Origin: Lama guanicoe | Taxonomy: Eukaryota | Reading direction: 5' to 3' | Assembly (NCBI GenBank): GCA_013239625.1 | Contig: MU053482.1 | Span: 1,029,168 to 1,093,167, forward strand | DNA length: 64,000 bases | In this document: positions 59,861 through 64,000 of the stretch, piece after piece | Numbering within the stretch: position 1 is the first letter of the stretch | Layout: each line of letters starts with the position of its first letter | Made by a program: the position numbers and the translations under genes | Notes under the pieces: model-generated | The model's database searches: none | Seen by the model: the letters and a program-made list of their open reading frames with translations, nothing else | What the model was told of the DNA's origin: nothing

Positions 59861-62142
59861 GTGCTGCCCTCCTAGTGTTACCAAGTTTATTCCCGGTGCC
59901 TCTGACCTAGCCTGGCTGTCACACACAGGCTCTCTTTAGACTCCACACAGTAGCTGGAGGACTTTGTCCATCTCCAGCCTTTGCATGGTCTACAGAGGTG
60001 CCCAGGCCTAGGGTCGCTCTCTTTCCATGGGCTGGATGCTTTGTGCTCTCATGTAGTAGAAAAATGATATAGTGCAGTGATAGAAAGCAAGGGCTCTGGG
60101 CTCCAGCGAACTAGCTCTAGCTACATGTGTCATGTTGGACACATTATTTAACCTTCGTCTGTTTCTGTTTTCCTCTTGTGTGAGAGAGGAATGGCGATAG
60201 GTGGTTTTAAGAATGAAGTGATAATGTGTGCGTCATGTGCTCTGCACAGGTCTGTGCCTGGTATGTTCCCCACCACGTGGGCTGCCATGTTGCCTTCAGT
60301 ACTGTGGTTCTTATCCTCATTATCATCAAGACATGCCCCCCCCAAGACCCAGATGCATAAAGGTGGCTTTGAGGTTAAATAGCCAGTTCTGAATCACTGG
60401 ATATAAAAATTCTCTCTCAATAAGAGACTTCAGGAAGAGAGACTCAGAAAGCAGCTTTCATTAAAATGGAAATATTTGCTTGAGTGATAGCTAGAGGACT
60501 AGCGTGTGCTGTTATTTGGAAAGTACGAGTACAGTGTGTGGTTATTTTTTTTAATCTTTTTAAAATTTGTTCCCTAGAAATAGAAATAAGATTTTACCCT
60601 TTTTTATGTTAATCAAGTTTATCCTAGAGGCTTTGCTCATTCACGTTAAGTGGGATGGAATATGACAGTTTATAATTTAATTTTTTCAGAAACCTATTTT
60701 AGCATCATTTCCAAGTCTGAATCAAAGAGCTTTACCTAAAATATTCCTCTGTGAGGAAATGGATGGTTGTTTGCCATTTGATTTAGAAGAAATCCTCAGA
60801 TTTTATCATTAGAATTTCTCTTTAGAATTAAGACTTAAATATAACTGGAGCTCCGTTGGATGCTGCCGTGGAGTTTGTGCAGTGGTGCGGACTCATAATG
60901 AAATCCTTTCAGTGCTTCAGAAACTAGGCCCTTCAGATGGAATCTCCATTGGGATTGTCTTCTACTTGGCCTTATTCTGTGTGTTAATTTTTCTGATCTG
61001 GGTTCCATCAGTACAGAGTGATAGTACTGTGTTTTTATTAGATTCTAGAACAAGACTGCCATAATTCTAATGAATTGGCAGCAGTCATATCACTATAATT
61101 GTTAGTCTTATTCTAGAAAAGTTTATAAGTAACCTGCATATCAAGAAATAGATTTCATTTGAAAATAAAGACTGTAGATATCTTCACCACTAATTTGTGG
61201 AAACTGGGTAGAAGGAAAAAAATTAAAAGAGAGAGTGAAGGAATTGTCCCTGTAAAAATGCATTTTACATTTAGATGTATTTTGGTTTTGAAGTCATGCA
61301 ACTAAATGATCTCTTCTGATGGCCAAAATCAAGTGTAATAATATTTGACTACTATAAGAAAACTAAACTCTTTCCAGCTGCATTTGGCCTAGTACTGATG
61401 ATTTGCATCGTTATGCATTTCAAACATTCTTATGCAAATTACTGCTGACCTAGTTTTATGGGTTGTGTCTGGAAATATGTATCTTTGACTCATGGTCTTA
61501 TAATAGGAAGGGTGTGGTCTTCCAATTCTTTAGAGTTGTGTTCTATTATAAACACACACACATACACACATAAAACCTTTTTTTACTGACAAAATTGGGA
61601 AAATTAATGAAATTTCCTTGATGCTCCAGAACATTTTTAACATTCTTTTCTTACCATATCTGGGGATGGGGGAAAGTATTCTTTGCTGAGTTGGCTCTAA
61701 GCAGTCTGCTCTGCTAGTCCTTATTTCTTCTTTACTTTCTCGCTGCTGTCACTTTCTTTCTTCCTACTTCCGTCCTGCGGCTGTTATCACTTGTCCTAAA
61801 GTTCCCAGGACACCTTCTTGGCCCCAACCATACCAAGCTTAGCCTCCCAGTTGAGGGCCTCCCCACTGTCATTGTGATTGGCACAGCTTCTGCTGCGGCG
61901 TTTGCACTGGAAATCCCGCCCTCCCCTGGCCTCTGCAGCGTGGATCCACGGGGCTCCTACCCCTGCCTTTTGGAATGTCCGGGAGATGAGCTTTGCTTCA
62001 TCTTCTAAGATTGTTTCCGGTCAGGACAACTTTCTGTTCTTCCAAGATCAAGCACATTAGCATTCTGTTTCTAGTGAGCCTAGTTACTGTTGGAATCCTC
62101 CAAAATTCCTATTAATTCCGTTTGATTTGGATGAAGTCCCTA

Positions 62143-62260
62143 TTTTGGGGGGAGGGGGATAATTAGGTTTATTAATTTATTTTAATGAAGGTACTGGGAA
62201 TTGAACTCAGGACCGCACACATGATAGGCAGGCACTCTACCACTGAGCTATACCCTCCCC
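62143..62260 (-). mobile_element. tRNA-derived SINE (Vic-1-like)
   Basis: ggtactgggaattgaactcaggacc ... ctctaccactgagctataccctcccc, with degenerate TSD ggatgaagtccctatttt / ggataaaatctctttta. Confidence 0.85.
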
Positions 62261-64000
62261 ACTGGATAAAATCTCTTTTATATAATGACCTAATATGCTG
62301 GGCACATGGATTTTTTTCCAAAATTTTTCAATTCCAGAACATTTTAAAGGTTTTTACTCCAAATATATGAAAATCCCTGGATCCTCAAAATAGAAGGAAC
62401 CTTGAAAGACCATCTCATCCATTTCCTGATTCATGTCCCAAGATGAACGTTCTATCTGTGCTTTTAAGTCTTCTCAGGTTTTCTTTGTAACACTTTGGTT
62501 TTATAAAAATTTCAATTATCACACCACAGACTCCTGATCAGTTCTGTGAAGGCCCTGTGTAGTGCTGCCAGTCTGCTTCTGTCACCTGTTGGCCACCTAT
62601 TGGCCTCACCTCCCAGCCAGTGCCACCATGTAGCACAGCCCAGGGGACACCAGTAATGTGGACTCAGTTAAGAGGCTTCACCTGAAAAAGCTCATCACTC
62701 CGGCTCCACCGTCCTCTCTCTTGGTTGCTTCAGGATCCCCGCCTCTTCCTGCCCTCACACATGCTGTTCCCTCAGCCTGGAATGCTTTTCCTTTCCCTTT
62801 GTCGTGTCTGACTCCTTTCAGCCTTAATGGCCCAGCTAAAATGTCCCCTCCTCATAGGCCTTCCTGACCGCCTGTCTGCAGTATGTATTCTTTCCTCCGT
62901 TCCCTCCTGCTCTTTACTGTCTCACATGTAGCCTTACTTTCACTCTTGATAGGATTAAAATCTATTTCTGACTCTATGATTGTATGTTTATTGCCTCTGC
63001 CCCCTTGTAGGCTATGAGTTCTGTGAGCTCAAAGACCACATCAGCTTTATTTCTCCCTAAATATCTAACCCCTAGTGCAGCCTCGGGCACACAGTGGAAT
63101 TTTTCCATGAATGACTGACAGAGTACATGCGTCAGTATCAGGCCACTTTTCTCGTGTTCTGCTGACGAAAGTGGCAAAGCACCAAAAGTTTAAACTGAGC
63201 CGTGCCTATAATGGTGTGAAGCTGGTGGAAGGTCCCTTGTCCCAGGTCTCACGTTCACTAAGAGCCTTATGTTTAGACTTTTGAACTTATCTCTGTACTG
63301 AACAATCTGTAGAGTCACAGAAATACTCTGACAGAATTGAAGATCATTTGAGTCTTCTAAATTTGAGGCCAATTACTGGCCACACCTCCACTAAGTGGTG
63401 CACTAGGATTAAATGTTGTAATTACTCGATGGATATCACAGTTTTATTAAGCTATATGTGTTGTGTGTGGGGAGCATTGGTTAGGTGTAAACAACTTAAA
63501 ACGTACTTTTTTGAATTACTCATTTAGTTATTTCTTGAGATTTAATAAACTGACAGCTTCAAAAATGGAAGTTGCCTAGACCTCTCTTAACTTCCATGAA
63601 ACCCTGAAACCAGGTGTAAATGTATGTTTTCTCTACTGGGATTTAATTATCAGAAACTTTTATGTCCATGGCATTCATATATTTACTCTAGACACATGTA
63701 TTAAACATTTGCTCTGTGCAAAGCTCGATATTATGTGCTAGTAATAAAGATAGAGGAAAGATATAGCCCTGGGTCTTGAAAGGCCCACAATCTAGTTGGG
63801 GAAATATACAAGAAAAGCACCAATTACACACATCAAAGTGCTCAAATTGTTTTTAGACGATTAATCTGGCAAGAGTGTGTCAGATGTGTGGGATGGGGTG
63901 GGTACCCATTAGAGGCAGCCAGTTCAGGCCTGTGATGATGAGGACCTGAAGTCAGTTGAAAGCAGTGGGAATGGAAAGAGGCATGAGATGTGAGCTATTT

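Noticed and set aside
56258..62260. SINE pair flanking exon 2 as a circRNA driver
   Set aside because: Both SINEs are in the same (minus) orientation, so they cannot base-pair across the exon.

Overview
Mammalian genomic DNA, probably a camelid (inferred from four tRNA-derived SINEs resembling the camelid Vic-1 family). The window holds the 5' end of synaptotagmin-9 (SYT9) on the + strand: a CpG-island promoter (~4150-5700), coding exon 1 (4867-5011), a 54-kb intron 1 (5012-59072), exon 2 (59073-59424) and the start of intron 2. Most of the rest is interspersed repeats (L1, L2, L3/CR1, MIR, SINEs, solo LTRs, Tigger/MER DNA transposons), and nearly all ORF-track entries outside the exons and L1 pieces are spurious. 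I found no new multi-gene system. The leads worth following are (1) a candidate upstream alternative exon (239-325) that would splice in frame to exon 2 and remove the luminal cysteine motif, (2) an out-of-frame AUG 13 nt before the SYT9 start that opens a 94-codon spliced overlapping ORF, with the frame set by a G7 run, (3) an upstream uORF in the SYT9 frame, (4) a twin-primed 5'-inverted L1 with a large internal gap, (5) a tail-less internal L1 fragment flanked by TSDs and (6) an intact-looking antisense ERV1-type solo LTR. Repeat family names come from recalled consensus sequences, not from a database search, and most repeat boundaries are approximate.
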